A DNA stretch of 53,550 bases, from assembly GCA_013203315.1 (NCBI GenBank), contig JABMQJ010000009.1:1-53550 (forward strand), written 5' to 3'. A program made the position numbers and the translations under genes. This DNA comes from Candidatus Omnitrophota bacterium (GTDB taxonomy: Bacteria; Omnitrophota; Gorgyraeia; JABMRN01; RBG-13-46-9). A model generated the notes under the pieces. It was not told the DNA's origin. It saw only the letters and a list, made by a program, of their open reading frames with translations, and made no database searches. Position 1 is the stretch's first letter, and each line of letters starts with the position of its first letter. Shown here one piece after another: positions 36,386 to 47,029 of this stretch.

Positions 36386-38713
36386 ATGGCAAGGGAGTCG
36401 GTCAAACTTACGGAAAACGCAATCAGGGTTTTAAACAAAAGATATCTGGTGAAAAGCGAAAGCGGTGAAGTTACTGAAACGCCAAAAGACATGTTTCGGC
36501 GCGTGGCAAAGAATATCGCTAGCGCTGACAAGCTGTACGATAAAAACAAAAACACGGAAATAGCAGAAGAAGAATTCTACAGGGTAATATCTAGCCTGGA
36601 ATTCCTGCCAAATTCACCCACCTTGATGAACGCCGGCCGTGAGCTTCAGCAATTGGCGGCATGTTTTGTTTTACCCATTGAAGATTCGATGGAATCTATT
36701 TTTGAGACCATCAAGGATACCGCAATGATACATAAAAGCGGAGGGGGGACAGGATTCAGCTTTTCGCGCCTGAGGCCTAAGAACGCGCCGGTTAAGTCCA
36801 CGGGCGGAATTTCAAGCGGCCCGGTTTCTTTCATGAAAGTATTTAATTCCGCAACGCAGGCCGTAAAACAGGGGGGAACCCGCCGCGGAGCGAATATGGG
36901 AATTCTGCGGGTTGATCATCCGGATATTCTGGATTTTATCATGTGCAAAGAAAATGATAAAGAAATAACCAACTTTAACATTTCTGTAGGATTAACCGAG
37001 GATTTTGTCGAAAAAGCAATGCAGGGTGAAGAATACGAACTTATCGAGCCGCATACAAAACAACCCGTTCAAAAGTTAAATGCAAAAGAAGTCCTGGATC
37101 TCATTGTTAAGATGGCCTGGAAAAACGGAGAACCTGGTATCATCTTTTTAGACAGGCTGAATAAGGAAAATCCCACACCGGCAATCGGAGAAATTGAATC
37201 CACTAATCCCTGCGGCGAGCAGCCGCTTTTGCCGTACGAGAGCTGCAACCTCGGCTCTATTAATCTCTCGCTTGCCGTGGACGAGGATGCAAAAGAAATT
37301 AACTGGGAAAAACTTGGCAAAACAGTAAAGATAGCGGTCCACTTCCTGGATAACGTCATCGACATGAATAATTACCCCTTGGAACGCATTAGCAAGATGA
37401 CGCGCTCAAATCGAAAAATCGGCCTTGGCGTGATGGGCTTTGCCGACATGCTGATAAAACTCGGCGTAAAATACAATTCCGAAGAAGGCATCATAATAGC
37501 GGAAAAGGTAATGAAGTTTATCCTGGACCGGGCGACGGATGCCTCCTTGGGTCTGGCGAAGGAAAGGGGCGTTTTCCCCAACTTCGAGAAAAGCATCTAC
37601 GCAAAAAAGAAAAACATGCGACTCCGAAACGCTACTTTAACAACGATCGCTCCCACCGGTTCCATAGGCATTATATCCGGTTGCTCAAGCGGAATTGAAC
37701 CGCTTTTCGCGCTTTCATACGTTAAAAAAATTCTAGATAATGAAAGATTTCTCGAGGTCCATCCGTATTTCGAGAAAATAGCCAAAGAAAAAGGTTTTTA
37801 TTCCACTGAGTTAATGGAAAAAGTCGCCGGAGTAGGCTCCATAAAAGACATAGAAGAAATACCGGCCGATGTCCGTGAAGTTTTTGTTACCTCCTTTGAC
37901 ATAAGCCCGTCCTGGCACATAAGGATGCAGGCGGCTTTCCAGAAATATACCCACAATGCCGTTTCCAAAACGGTAAATTTCCCCAACAAAAGCACTGAAA
38001 AGGATATAAAAGAAGTATATACCCTTGCCTGCAAGACAGGTTGCAAGGGTGTTACCGTGTACAGGGACGGTTCAAGACAGGAACAGGTGCTCAATATTGA
38101 GAAGAAAAAAGAAGTACCCGCCCTGGAAGAAGAAGCGATTTCGAAAATAGTTCCCAGGCCAAGGCCGAACGTTACCCATGGTACCACAACAAAAATCGCA
38201 ACCGGATGCGGGAATCTATACGTTACCATAAATGAGGACGAGGCAGACCTGCCGTTTGAAGTATTTATGCAGATGGGAAAAGCAGGCGGTTGCGCCATGA
38301 GCCAGCTTGAGGCTATTGGCAGGTTACTATCCCTGGCGCTACGAAGCGGAATAGAAATCAGCTCTATCATTGAACAACTAAGAGGCATAAGGTGCCCATC
38401 TCCCAGCTGGGAAAAAGGCGGCAGAATATTTTCCTGTAGCGACGCCATTGCGCGTGTCATAGAAAGACGTCTTATCAAGGCTAAGCAAAAACAAACACCG
38501 GAAAAAGAATTACCCTCCGGGGAAGGCGTTCCTCTTTCCGAAGATAAAGGAACAATCGAAAAAGCAGCCGGTTCGGATAACGGCAACGTGAAGCTTGCGT
38601 CGGAAAAGAAAACAGGAAACATAGTCGGTGTCTGCCCTGATTGCGGCGGCTCATTATGGCACGTCGAAGGTTGCATGGTATGCAGGGCTTGCGGTTATTC
38701 TAAATGCGGATAA
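36386..38713 (+). CDS. nrdJ: Class II (B12-dependent) ribonucleotide reductase with TSCPD-like domain and C-terminal Zn ribbon
   Basis: LPNSPTLMN, AACFV, QGGTRRGANM, TNPCGEQPL, TIAPTG, KGVTVYRDGSR and CPDC..CRAC..C. No adjacent nrdB. Confidence 0.92.
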   Translation: MARESVKLTENAIRVLNKRYLVKSESGEVTETPKDMFRRVAKNIASADKLYDKNKNTEIAEEEFYRVISSLEFLPNSPTLMNAGRELQQLAACFVLPIEDSMESIFETIKDTAMIHKSGGGTGFSFSRLRPKNAPVKSTGGISSGPVSFMKVFNSATQAVKQGGTRRGANMGILRVDHPDILDFIMCKENDKEITNFNISVGLTEDFVEKAMQGEEYELIEPHTKQPVQKLNAKEVLDLIVKMAWKNGEPGIIFLDRLNKENPTPAIGEIESTNPCGEQPLLPYESCNLGSINLSLAVDEDAKEINWEKLGKTVKIAVHFLDNVIDMNNYPLERISKMTRSNRKIGLGVMGFADMLIKLGVKYNSEEGIIIAEKVMKFILDRATDASLGLAKERGVFPNFEKSIYAKKKNMRLRNATLTTIAPTGSIGIISGCSSGIEPLFALSYVKKILDNERFLEVHPYFEKIAKEKGFYSTELMEKVAGVGSIKDIEEIPADVREVFVTSFDISPSWHIRMQAAFQKYTHNAVSKTVNFPNKSTEKDIKEVYTLACKTGCKGVTVYRDGSRQEQVLNIEKKKEVPALEEEAISKIVPRPRPNVTHGTTTKIATGCGNLYVTINEDEADLPFEVFMQMGKAGGCAMSQLEAIGRLLSLALRSGIEISSIIEQLRGIRCPSPSWEKGGRIFSCSDAIARVIERRLIKAKQKQTPEKELPSGEGVPLSEDKGTIEKAAGSDNGNVKLASEKKTGNIVGVCPDCGGSLWHVEGCMVCRACGYSKCG

Positions 38714-38724
38714 AAAGGTAAGCA

Positions 38725-40008
38725 ATGAAAAAACTGTTATATGTGGTTCTTGACGGGTTAGGCGATAGACCAATAAAAGATTTGGGAGATAAAACTCCCC
38801 TCGAAGCGGCAAATACACCCAAAATGGACGGCCTTGCTAAGAGCGCTAAGTTAGGATATGTATATACGGTGGGGAAAAACATAGCGCCGGAATCTGACGT
38901 CGCTGTTATAAGTATTCTAGGATACGATGCTAAGAAATATTACACGGGGAGAGGTCCCCTGGAAAGCTATGCCGAAGGGCTTGACGTCCGGGAGGGCGAT
39001 TTGGCTTACAGGGTAAACTTTGCAACAAGAGAAGGCTCTTCGCGAAAAATCATAGACAGAAGAGTCGGAAGGAACTTGACGACTGATGAAGCCACGATTT
39101 TAGCCAAAGAGGTTAACGAAAAAGTAAAACTTGGAGGCGCAAGTTTCATTTTTAAAAATACCATCGGGCACAGGGGCATTCTTGTTATAAGGAAGGATAG
39201 CGGCAAGCTTAGTGCCGAGGTAACGAATACAGATCCTGCCTATGACAAAGAAGGTGTTTACGGGGTAGCGAAAGCCACTTTCGAAAAAGTTATTCAGAAA
39301 GCAGAGCCCACCGAGGAATATAAAAATTCTCTTGCCGCTAAAGATGCCGCCAGGCTTACAAATGAGTTTGTGGAGGAGTCAAGCCGCGTCCTGGAGAATT
39401 GCGAAGTTAATAAAAAGCGAAAAGCCGAAGGCAAGCTTATCGGAAACCTTATTCTTACAAGGGACGGCGGGGATAGGCTGCCTAAGTTTCCCAAAATTGG
39501 CGACATGCTTAACATTAAAATGGGTTGTTTCGTGGAAATGCCCGTCGAAAAGGGCATAGCGCTTCTTACGGGAATGGAGATCGTAAAACTCCCTCTTCCT
39601 TCAAAAGATCTTAAAAAAGACTATGAGCTCCGCGCGCAAAAGGTGATAGAGGCCATGAAGGCCTACGATGCGCTCTACATTCACATTAAGGGCCCGGACG
39701 AACCGGCCCACGACGGTGATCACGCAAAGAAGAAAGACTCTATCGAGCTTATAGATAAGTATTTCTTCGGTAATTTATTGCCAAAGCTTGATTTGGAAAA
39801 TACGATCATAACCGTTACCGCTGACCATTCGACCCCCTGCGACATGAAGGCCCATTCTGCCGACCCGGTCCCTCTCATGATTAGCGGAAAAGGCTTTTCC
39901 CCGGACGGGATCGGTGCTTTTTCTGAAGAAGCAGCAAGGCGAGGAAGCCTGGGCGCCCTACAGGGGAATGAGCTTATGAAAATTTTCATAAGTTTTCTTA
40001 AAAAATGA
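38725..40008 (+). CDS. apgM: Archaeal-type cofactor-independent phosphoglycerate mutase
   Basis: LDGLGD, TPLEAA.TP, PESD, GRGPLE, D..AHDG, TADHSTP and HSADPVP. Confidence 0.88.
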   Translation: MKKLLYVVLDGLGDRPIKDLGDKTPLEAANTPKMDGLAKSAKLGYVYTVGKNIAPESDVAVISILGYDAKKYYTGRGPLESYAEGLDVREGDLAYRVNFATREGSSRKIIDRRVGRNLTTDEATILAKEVNEKVKLGGASFIFKNTIGHRGILVIRKDSGKLSAEVTNTDPAYDKEGVYGVAKATFEKVIQKAEPTEEYKNSLAAKDAARLTNEFVEESSRVLENCEVNKKRKAEGKLIGNLILTRDGGDRLPKFPKIGDMLNIKMGCFVEMPVEKGIALLTGMEIVKLPLPSKDLKKDYELRAQKVIEAMKAYDALYIHIKGPDEPAHDGDHAKKKDSIELIDKYFFGNLLPKLDLENTIITVTADHSTPCDMKAHSADPVPLMISGKGFSPDGIGAFSEEAARRGSLGALQGNELMKIFISFLKK

Positions 40009-41024
40009 AAATAGCCATAGTAGGCTTTCCGGGATGCGGCAAGTCAACGTGTTTTAAGGCCATCACCGGAAAGACAAAAGACGAATCCGAGAAACTCGAT
40101 CCCACCAAACCGCATCTCGGCGTAGTAAAAATCCCGGATCCACGCCTCGAAAAATTAAAAACTATTTTTAATCCTAAGAAACTTACCGCTGCTGAAATCG
40201 TGTTCGAAGACATGCCCGGTTTTAACGCCTCGCACGTTAAAGACGTAGAAGCGCTGATGGAGGTTTTGGGCGTATTCTCGGGCCGGGACCCGGCAAAAGA
40301 CTTAGATAGCATGGATCTTGAATTTATGCTCGCGGATTTGGAGATAATTAATAAAAGGCTCCCGGGCCTGGAGAAAGAACTAAAAGACTCCAAGCCCCCG
40401 AGAGGAAAACTTCTCGAGCGCGATACGCTAATCAAGTGTAAAGAGGCCCTCGAGAAAAACACCTCCTTACGCAACCTTGAGTTTACAACCGACGAAGAAA
40501 AAGAGATACGCGGGTTCACCTTTTTAAGCAAAAAGCCGGTATTTGTCCTCGGAAATATAGCAGAAAACCAGAAGTCAAGCGAGGTCGTAAAAAAAATAGG
40601 AATCACCTGCCAAGAAAAAGGCTTTAAATGCATAGAATTCTCTGCCAAGCTGGAAGCCGAAATCGTGGATTTAGATGAATCCGAAAGGGAAGGCTTCTTA
40701 AAAGAGCTCGGTATAGGTAAGAGCGCCCGGCAGGCGGTGATAGAACTTGCCTATAACGCGCTTGGCTACATAACATTTTTTACGGTCAAAGGCGCCGAAA
40801 CGAAGGCATGGCCCGTTAAAAATGGCACAAACGCGATAGAGGCGGCAGGAAAAATACATTCGGACATACAAAAAGGGTTTATAAAAGCCGAAGTCATAAA
40901 TTTTAATGACCTTGTCTCCTCGGGCGGGGTGCAGGAGGCAAAGAAAAAAGCGCTCTTGCGGTTAGAGTCAAAAGAGTATAAAATAAAGGATGGGGATATA
41001 GTCGATTTTAGGTTTAGCAGGTAA
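40005..41024 (+). CDS. ychF: YchF/Obg-like ATPase, shortened G-domain
   Basis: GFPGCGKST, LADLE, TFFTV..AW..AGKIHSD..KGFIKAEV and DGDIV.FRF. Confidence 0.85.
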   Translation: MKIAIVGFPGCGKSTCFKAITGKTKDESEKLDPTKPHLGVVKIPDPRLEKLKTIFNPKKLTAAEIVFEDMPGFNASHVKDVEALMEVLGVFSGRDPAKDLDSMDLEFMLADLEIINKRLPGLEKELKDSKPPRGKLLERDTLIKCKEALEKNTSLRNLEFTTDEEKEIRGFTFLSKKPVFVLGNIAENQKSSEVVKKIGITCQEKGFKCIEFSAKLEAEIVDLDESEREGFLKELGIGKSARQAVIELAYNALGYITFFTVKGAETKAWPVKNGTNAIEAAGKIHSDIQKGFIKAEVINFNDLVSSGGVQEAKKKALLRLESKEYKIKDGDIVDFRFSR

Positions 41025-41582
41025 ATGAAAACAATATTCATACTAATACTTATATTTTTACTCTTCACAAGCGGATGTGGGAAGGTTAGCGAGAGCGCCC
41101 TGGATGAGGTTGTTCTGCTGGACCCTTCTTTTAAGGAGGCCCTGGAGACGAAAAGTCGCATAGACGCTGAAATTCTGACGCTAAAAAATGATTTTAGCAA
41201 GGAAGAAGGCGTTGCAACACAAAAGATGCGTGAGCTAAGAGAGAACCTGAAGCTGAGCCAAGAGGCCATGAGCGTTAAGATTATTTCGTTGAGGCAGGAA
41301 ATCGCACCCGACATCAATGCACTTGGGGGGAATCTGGAAGAAGTGCATGAGGCGTATAAAGTAAAGAAAAAATACCTCAAAAGTGCCATGTCTAAATTAA
41401 AAAGCATAAAGGATCTATTAAATAAAAAGGGCGAATTGTCCCTGCCCGGCAATGAAATATCGGTCTGGGATAAACGGGCTACTAAATTAGAAAAAGAAAT
41501 AAACTCCGTAAAACAATCCCTCGATCAGCTCCGAACCAAAATCCGCATCCTAAAAATCGAACTCAAAATCCTGCAACAATAA
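41025..41582 (+). CDS. Hypothetical coiled-coil lipoprotein
   Basis: Lipobox TSGC and heptad-rich helical sequence. Confidence 0.7.
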   Translation: MKTIFILILIFLLFTSGCGKVSESALDEVVLLDPSFKEALETKSRIDAEILTLKNDFSKEEGVATQKMRELRENLKLSQEAMSVKIISLRQEIAPDINALGGNLEEVHEAYKVKKKYLKSAMSKLKSIKDLLNKKGELSLPGNEISVWDKRATKLEKEINSVKQSLDQLRTKIRILKIELKILQQ

Positions 41583-41584
41583 GC

Positions 41585-42901
41585 ATGAATTACAAAGAGG
41601 CACTCAGATATTTAGATTCGTTTGTGGATTACGAGAAGATAGGATATAAGAGCCGCAGGTTATTTAACTTAAAAAGAATGCGGCATCTTGCGCAGGTTTT
41701 CGGTAATCCACAGGATAATTATCCGTCCATCCACATAGCCGGCACAAAAGGCAAGGGTTCAACGGCGTTTTTCATATCCGGCATATTAAAGGAAGCAAAT
41801 CTTAAAGTAGGGCTTTACACGTCCCCGCATCTTACGGATCCCAGGGAGAGGATAAGAGTTAATAACGAAATGATAAGCGAAGATGACTTTGCCTATCATG
41901 CCGCTGAGATAAAAAAGATGCCTATAAACGGCAAACTCGCTTTCCGCCCGACATATTTTGAAATTTTTACGATTCTTACCTTTAATTATTTTAAAGCACA
42001 AAAAATAGATTTTGGCGTGATAGAGGTTGGCCTGGGAGGGCGGCTCGACGCGACAAATATTATTAAGCCCGTGGTTTCGGTTATGACGCCTGTAAGCTAC
42101 GATCATACGAATATTCTCGGAAACAGCCTGGAGAAAATAGCCGGTGAAAAAGCAGGCATTATAAAAAAAGGGTGTATTGTTGTAAGTGCATCTCAGGAAG
42201 AAAACGCCTTAAAAGCAATTCAAAAGAAGTGTAAATCTGCGGGTGCTAAACTTACACTGGTTGGGAAGGATATAGTTTTTCAGGAAAAGCAGTGCAATCC
42301 CGAGAAAGAAACGTTTAATATACGAGGCATGCAGGGCAAATATGAAAATTGCACTATTCATCTTTTGGGCCGGCACCAAATATTAAACGCAACTACTGCA
42401 GTGGGGGTAGCCGAGTGCCTCATAAAAAAAGGCGTAAAAATCTCGAAGGAAAATATAAAAAACGGGTTAGAAAAAACCCAAAACCCAGGCAGGTGTGAGA
42501 TAATATCGAGAAAGCCTTACATTATTCTTGACGGCGCCCAGAATAGAGCCAGCGCAAAAGCCCTGGCCGATACTGTAAAAAGAAATTTTGAATTTGAACA
42601 CCTCATTCTTGTATTAGGAATTTCGAAAGGAAAAGACGTAAAGGGCATAGCCGAGGAATTAGCGCCTTTAGCCGATAACGCCATTCTTACAAAAGCAAAT
42701 ACCGAGCGCGCGGAAGATCCGCATTTAATTAAAAAATTTATAACAGGCAAAAACGTGACTCTTGCAGATTCGGTAAAAGAAGCGCTTGAGAAAGCCAAAA
42801 ACGAGGCAAGCGGCAAAGACTTGATATTGGTTACGGGCTCTTTTTTTGTGACAGGGGAGATTAAGGAGGCAATCTTTGCGCAAGAGAAAATCCTCGCATA
42901 A
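41585..42901 (+). CDS. folC: Folylpolyglutamate/dihydrofolate synthase
   Basis: HIAGTKGKGST, YTSPHL, EVGLGGRLDATN, EKAGIIK and TGSF. Confidence 0.95.
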   Translation: MNYKEALRYLDSFVDYEKIGYKSRRLFNLKRMRHLAQVFGNPQDNYPSIHIAGTKGKGSTAFFISGILKEANLKVGLYTSPHLTDPRERIRVNNEMISEDDFAYHAAEIKKMPINGKLAFRPTYFEIFTILTFNYFKAQKIDFGVIEVGLGGRLDATNIIKPVVSVMTPVSYDHTNILGNSLEKIAGEKAGIIKKGCIVVSASQEENALKAIQKKCKSAGAKLTLVGKDIVFQEKQCNPEKETFNIRGMQGKYENCTIHLLGRHQILNATTAVGVAECLIKKGVKISKENIKNGLEKTQNPGRCEIISRKPYIILDGAQNRASAKALADTVKRNFEFEHLILVLGISKGKDVKGIAEELAPLADNAILTKANTERAEDPHLIKKFITGKNVTLADSVKEALEKAKNEASGKDLILVTGSFFVTGEIKEAIFAQEKILA

Positions 42902-44279
42902 CGCCGACGATACAATCGTCGCTATCTCCACTCCCGTAGGAGAAGGCGGGATCGGGATAGTGCGCTTAAGCGGTAAAGCTGCGCTCCAGGTAGCGGATAA
43001 GATTTTCGTATCAAAAGACAGAATCAAACCCTCAAAATTCAAGACATATACCACGCACTATGGCCACATTCGTCGCGATGAGGTCATAGACGAGGTTATC
43101 CTCACCGTCATGCGCGCTCCGAGGAGCTATACAAAAGAGGATGTGGTGGAGATAAACTGCCACGGTGGGATCGTATGTTTAAGGAAAGTGTTAGACTTAG
43201 TCTTGGCCATGGGCGCAAGGCTGGCCCTACCCGGCGAGTTTACAAAAAGAGCGTTCCTGAATGGGCGAATTGACCTTGCGCAAGCAGAGGCGGTTTTGGA
43301 TGTTATTCGCTCCAAAACAGAAAGTTCGATGAGAGTCGCTTTGGGGCAGCTGGAAGGTGGGCTTTCCCGGAAGATAAAAGGACTGAGAGAGGTGCTACTT
43401 GATGTTTTGGGTGAAATAGAGGCGCGAATCGATTTTTCGGAAGAAGACATAGAGCTCGCGCCTAAACAAAGCATCCTCGAGAAACTGGAAAAAATATCGA
43501 CAGAAATAAAAAAACTTATCGAAAATGCGGAAAACGGCATAATCCTTAAAGAAGGAATACTTTGCGTTATATGCGGAAAGCCGAATGTCGGAAAATCTTC
43601 GCTTATGAATATACTCTTAAGGAGAAACAGGGTTATTGTTACCCCGGTCCCGGGCACGACCCGTGACGCGATAGAAGAAGAAATAAATTTAAAAGGCATA
43701 CCCGTAAGGGTTGTCGATACCGCCGGAATCCGGCAAGCAAGGGATGTTGTGGAGGTTCATGGAATACGCAAGTCCAGGTCTTATATAAAAAGAGCCGATC
43801 TCATTCTATTTATGCTCGATTTAAACAAGAGGTGGTCCAAAGCGGATAAGGATATTTTAAATGCAATAAAAGGTAAAAAAATTATAATAGTTGCCAATAA
43901 AAGTGACCTTAAGAGAAACCTCGATGTAGAAATGGTAAAAAAAGTTACAAAAACGAACGAATTAATTGAAGCCTCGCTTCGTCGGAAAAAGAACATGGAG
44001 AAGGTAGAAGAGGCGATATTACGAAACATCTGGCACGGCAAGGTGCTGCAGCCGGAAGCAACCTTTGTGACCAACCTAAGACACCGCAAAGACCTGGAGC
44101 ATGCCGACAACCGTATAAAGAAAACAATAGCTACCCTGGACAAAGGGAGAAGCGCCTCACCGGAAATAGTGGCTTCTGACTTAAGAGAGGCAGCATTCTC
44201 CCTGGGTTCGATTCTGGGGGATACGGTGGAGCCTGATATCCTAAACAGGATATTCTCCAAATTCTGCATAGGCAAGTAA
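42876..44279 (+). CDS. mnmE: tRNA modification GTPase MnmE
   Basis: DTIVAISTP, GEFTKRAFLNG, GKPNVGKSS, GTTRD, DTAG, NKSD and FCIGK. Confidence 0.97.
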   Translation: MRKRKSSHNADDTIVAISTPVGEGGIGIVRLSGKAALQVADKIFVSKDRIKPSKFKTYTTHYGHIRRDEVIDEVILTVMRAPRSYTKEDVVEINCHGGIVCLRKVLDLVLAMGARLALPGEFTKRAFLNGRIDLAQAEAVLDVIRSKTESSMRVALGQLEGGLSRKIKGLREVLLDVLGEIEARIDFSEEDIELAPKQSILEKLEKISTEIKKLIENAENGIILKEGILCVICGKPNVGKSSLMNILLRRNRVIVTPVPGTTRDAIEEEINLKGIPVRVVDTAGIRQARDVVEVHGIRKSRSYIKRADLILFMLDLNKRWSKADKDILNAIKGKKIIIVANKSDLKRNLDVEMVKKVTKTNELIEASLRRKKNMEKVEEAILRNIWHGKVLQPEATFVTNLRHRKDLEHADNRIKKTIATLDKGRSASPEIVASDLREAAFSLGSILGDTVEPDILNRIFSKFCIGK

Positions 44280-44289
44280 ATAAAAGTTA

Positions 44290-44318
44290 TTGCATCAGGA
44301 GCCCTTACCTAATATAAT
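44290..44318 (+). promoter_or_regulatory. sigma70-type promoter heading the envelope/partner-switch operon
   Basis: TTGCAT-N17-TATAAT. Confidence 0.65.
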
Positions 44319-44348
44319 AATAGGATAATATAGGGGGCATATTACCAT

Positions 44349-44822
44349 ATGGATACCACTCAAGACATATTAAAAGAACTGGCAAAAAACAAGATACTTT
44401 TTATTACCGTTTATACCTGGGCCATAACACAGACCCTGAAGGTGTTAACCGGCGTTGTAAGGGAGAAAAAGTTTAACTTCCGTTGGTTAATTGGCACGGG
44501 TGGCATGCCGAGTTCTCACGCAGCGACCGTAAGCGGTATGGCTACCGCAGTTGGGCTTTCCGTGGGATTTGACTCGGCCATGTTTGTCGTTGCGCTTGTA
44601 TTCGCCATTATAGTAATATTCGATGCCCAGGGCGTAAGGCGGGCAAGCGGAAAACAGGCAGAAGTTTTGAATAAAATGTTGGATGATATCTACTGGAAAA
44701 AACACATTCAGGAAGACAGGTTAAAGGAACTTCTGGGGCATACCCCCGTAGAGGTTCTGGTAGGCATTGCATCAGGCATCATATTTGCGCTTTTACTATG
44801 GCGCGCTTATTACGGCGGTTAA
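44349..44822 (+). CDS. Divergent PAP2 family (DUF212) membrane protein
   Basis: GGMPSSH, DAQGVRR..G.QA..LN and LKELLGHTP.EV..G. Confidence 0.92.
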   Translation: MDTTQDILKELAKNKILFITVYTWAITQTLKVLTGVVREKKFNFRWLIGTGGMPSSHAATVSGMATAVGLSVGFDSAMFVVALVFAIIVIFDAQGVRRASGKQAEVLNKMLDDIYWKKHIQEDRLKELLGHTPVEVLVGIASGIIFALLLWRAYYGG

Positions 44823-44825
44823 AAG

Positions 44826-45650
44826 ATGAATAAGAAAGTTATAGCAATTATTGTTTTTACAGCAGTGGTAATTTTATTTTTTTCATTTGCCCTGAAGAAT
44901 TTTACCTCGGCAAGAAGTACGCGTATCATCAGCGCGATCGATTTGCAAAATAGAAATTCTCTTTTAGCGCTTACGAAAAGCTATAAAGAAAAAGGTGATT
45001 ACAAAAGAGCGAAGAATGCGTTCAGCGAATTCATTGAAAAATTCCCGGGCTCAAAAGACGCAAAAAAAGCGCAAAAAGAAATAGAAGATCTCAACATAAA
45101 GATTTTGTTTTCAGCCGTTGCCACAGGCGATAGTTTCGTGTATGAAATAAAACCGGGCGATACCCTGGGCGGGGTTGCCTCAAAATACTCTACGACAGTG
45201 GAGCTTATCAAGAAGGCAAACGGCTTAAAAACAGAGACCATATTTCCGGGGCAATCTTTAAAAATCAACAAAGCAAAATTTAATATTTTAGTAGATAAAT
45301 CGGATAACATCCTCGTTTTAAAAAAATCCGACGGCGAAATAATAAAAACATACCTTGTATCTACGGGAGAGAACCTGAATACGCCTGTCGGGACATTTAA
45401 AATAGAAGAAAAACTTGTAAGCCCCGTTTGGTATAAGGTCGGGGCCGTGGTTTCGCCTGATAGCTCCGAATATGAACTAGGGACACGCTGGATGGGGCTT
45501 TCGGCGGAAGGATACGGTATCCATGGCACCAGAGACGAATCTTCCATCGGGCAGCACATTACGAAGGGGTGTGTCAGGATGATGAATAAAGAAGTCGAAG
45601 AGCTCTATACAATCGTGCCCAGCGGAACCGAAGTTGTAATAGTAGAATAG
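44826..45650 (+). CDS. L,D-transpeptidase with TPR-like hairpin and LysM
   Basis: Lys[28 protein letters not shown] and catalytic IHGT..GCVRM. Confidence 0.9.
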   Translation: MNKKVIAIIVFTAVVILFFSFALKNFTSARSTRIISAIDLQNRNSLLALTKSYKEKGDYKRAKNAFSEFIEKFPGSKDAKKAQKEIEDLNIKILFSAVATGDSFVYEIKPGDTLGGVASKYSTTVELIKKANGLKTETIFPGQSLKINKAKFNILVDKSDNILVLKKSDGEIIKTYLVSTGENLNTPVGTFKIEEKLVSPVWYKVGAVVSPDSSEYELGTRWMGLSAEGYGIHGTRDESSIGQHITKGCVRMMNKEVEELYTIVPSGTEVVIVE

Positions 45651-45660
45651 GTTAATCGAT

Positions 45661-46632
45661 ATGAATACCGGCCTGGATTTCGAAAAACCGATACTGGAAC
45701 TTGAGAAAAAGATAGAAGAAATAAGGAGTCTTACCTCCAGAGAGGATATAGACCTATCCGGAGAAATAAAAAAACTCGGGGAAAGATTAAAAAAGGTTAA
45801 ACACGAGGTATATAAAAATCTCACCCCATGGCAGCGCGTACAGATCGCGCGGCATCCTAAGCGGCCCTACACGTTAGATTACATAGATTTAATCGTGACC
45901 GATTTTATAGAACTTCACGGAGACAAATTTTTCGGAGATGACAAGGCTATCATAGCGGGCCTTGGAAAGATCAACGGAAAAAAAGTAGTAATTATAGGGC
46001 ATCAGAAGGGGAAGGACACCAAGGAAAATCTGATGCGTAATTTTGGAAGCGCGCACCCGGAAGGCTACAGAAAAGCGATGAGGGTAATGGAGCTTGCGGA
46101 AAAATTTAATCTGCCGATAGTCACCTTTATAGATACCCCCGGCGCATATCCGGGCATAGGCGCAGAGGAAAGAGGCCAGGCCGAGGCCATAGCGAGAAAT
46201 CTATTTAAAATGTGTATGCTAAAAACACCGATAATCGTTTTTGTCATAGGGGAAGGCGGATCGGGAGGCGCTTTGGGAATTGGCATAGGGGACAGGCTCT
46301 ACGTACTTGAGTACGCATATTATTCTGTAATATCACCGGAAGGATGCGCGGCCATTTTATGGAAAGAGCGCTCAAAGGCCCCGGAAGCCGCAGAATCGCT
46401 TAAGCTTACGGGCAAAGACTTATGCGAGTTAGGCATAGTAGACGATATAGTGAAAGAACCTCTCGGCGGAGCCCACAGAGATGCCCACCAGACCGCAGAA
46501 AATATCAAAGCCGTTATTAAAAAAGAACTGAGCTCTTTAGAGTCCACCGACACCGATCTGCTTGTAAAAAATAGATATGAGAAACTCAGAAAGATCGGAG
46601 TCTTTACGGAAAAAAATGCGAATACCAAGTGA
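45661..46632 (+). CDS. accA: Acetyl-CoA carboxylase carboxyltransferase alpha
   Basis: [35 protein letters not shown] and GEGGSGGAL. Confidence 0.97.
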   Translation: MNTGLDFEKPILELEKKIEEIRSLTSREDIDLSGEIKKLGERLKKVKHEVYKNLTPWQRVQIARHPKRPYTLDYIDLIVTDFIELHGDKFFGDDKAIIAGLGKINGKKVVIIGHQKGKDTKENLMRNFGSAHPEGYRKAMRVMELAEKFNLPIVTFIDTPGAYPGIGAEERGQAEAIARNLFKMCMLKTPIIVFVIGEGGSGGALGIGIGDRLYVLEYAYYSVISPEGCAAILWKERSKAPEAAESLKLTGKDLCELGIVDDIVKEPLGGAHRDAHQTAENIKAVIKKELSSLESTDTDLLVKNRYEKLRKIGVFTEKNANTK

Positions 46633-47029
46633 TATAAAATACATAAGGAAAGTAAGCGCTGAAATCGAAAACTTCCTAAGATCCAAAAATATAGATGAAT
46701 CCTATATTTTCTATATACGTTTATGCGCCGAAGAGGCAATTAAAAACTCCATCCTTCATGGTAACAAGGGCGACAAAGGAAAATCCGTATTTATAACTTA
46801 TTCATTAAAAGGTGATAAGTTCAACATGGAAATAGAAGACGAGGGCTCCGGCTTTGATCCTCTTAAACTTCCGGATCCTACAAAAAATGAAAATCTTCTG
46901 ATGGAGGGCGGAAGGGGCGTTTTCCTTATTCAAAAACTGATGGACAAAGTCGAATATAACGATAGGAAAAACAAAGTTTCTATGATAAAATTCATAAAGG
47001 AGAAAAAGGGAGGCCGCGATGCAAATTAA
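46616..47029 (+). CDS. RsbW/SpoIIAB-like Ser kinase (anti-sigma, GHKL)
   Basis: N-box [12 protein letters not shown]1 DEGSGFD, G2 GGRGVFLI. Confidence 0.88.
   Translation: MRIPSDIKYIRKVSAEIENFLRSKNIDESYIFYIRLCAEEAIKNSILHGNKGDKGKSVFITYSLKGDKFNMEIEDEGSGFDPLKLPDPTKNENLLMEGGRGVFLIQKLMDKVEYNDRKNKVSMIKFIKEKKGGRDAN

Noticed and set aside
36386-38713. Intein or intron in nrdJ, a common insertion host
   Set aside because: Length and motif spacing are normal, with no intein splice motifs or interruption.
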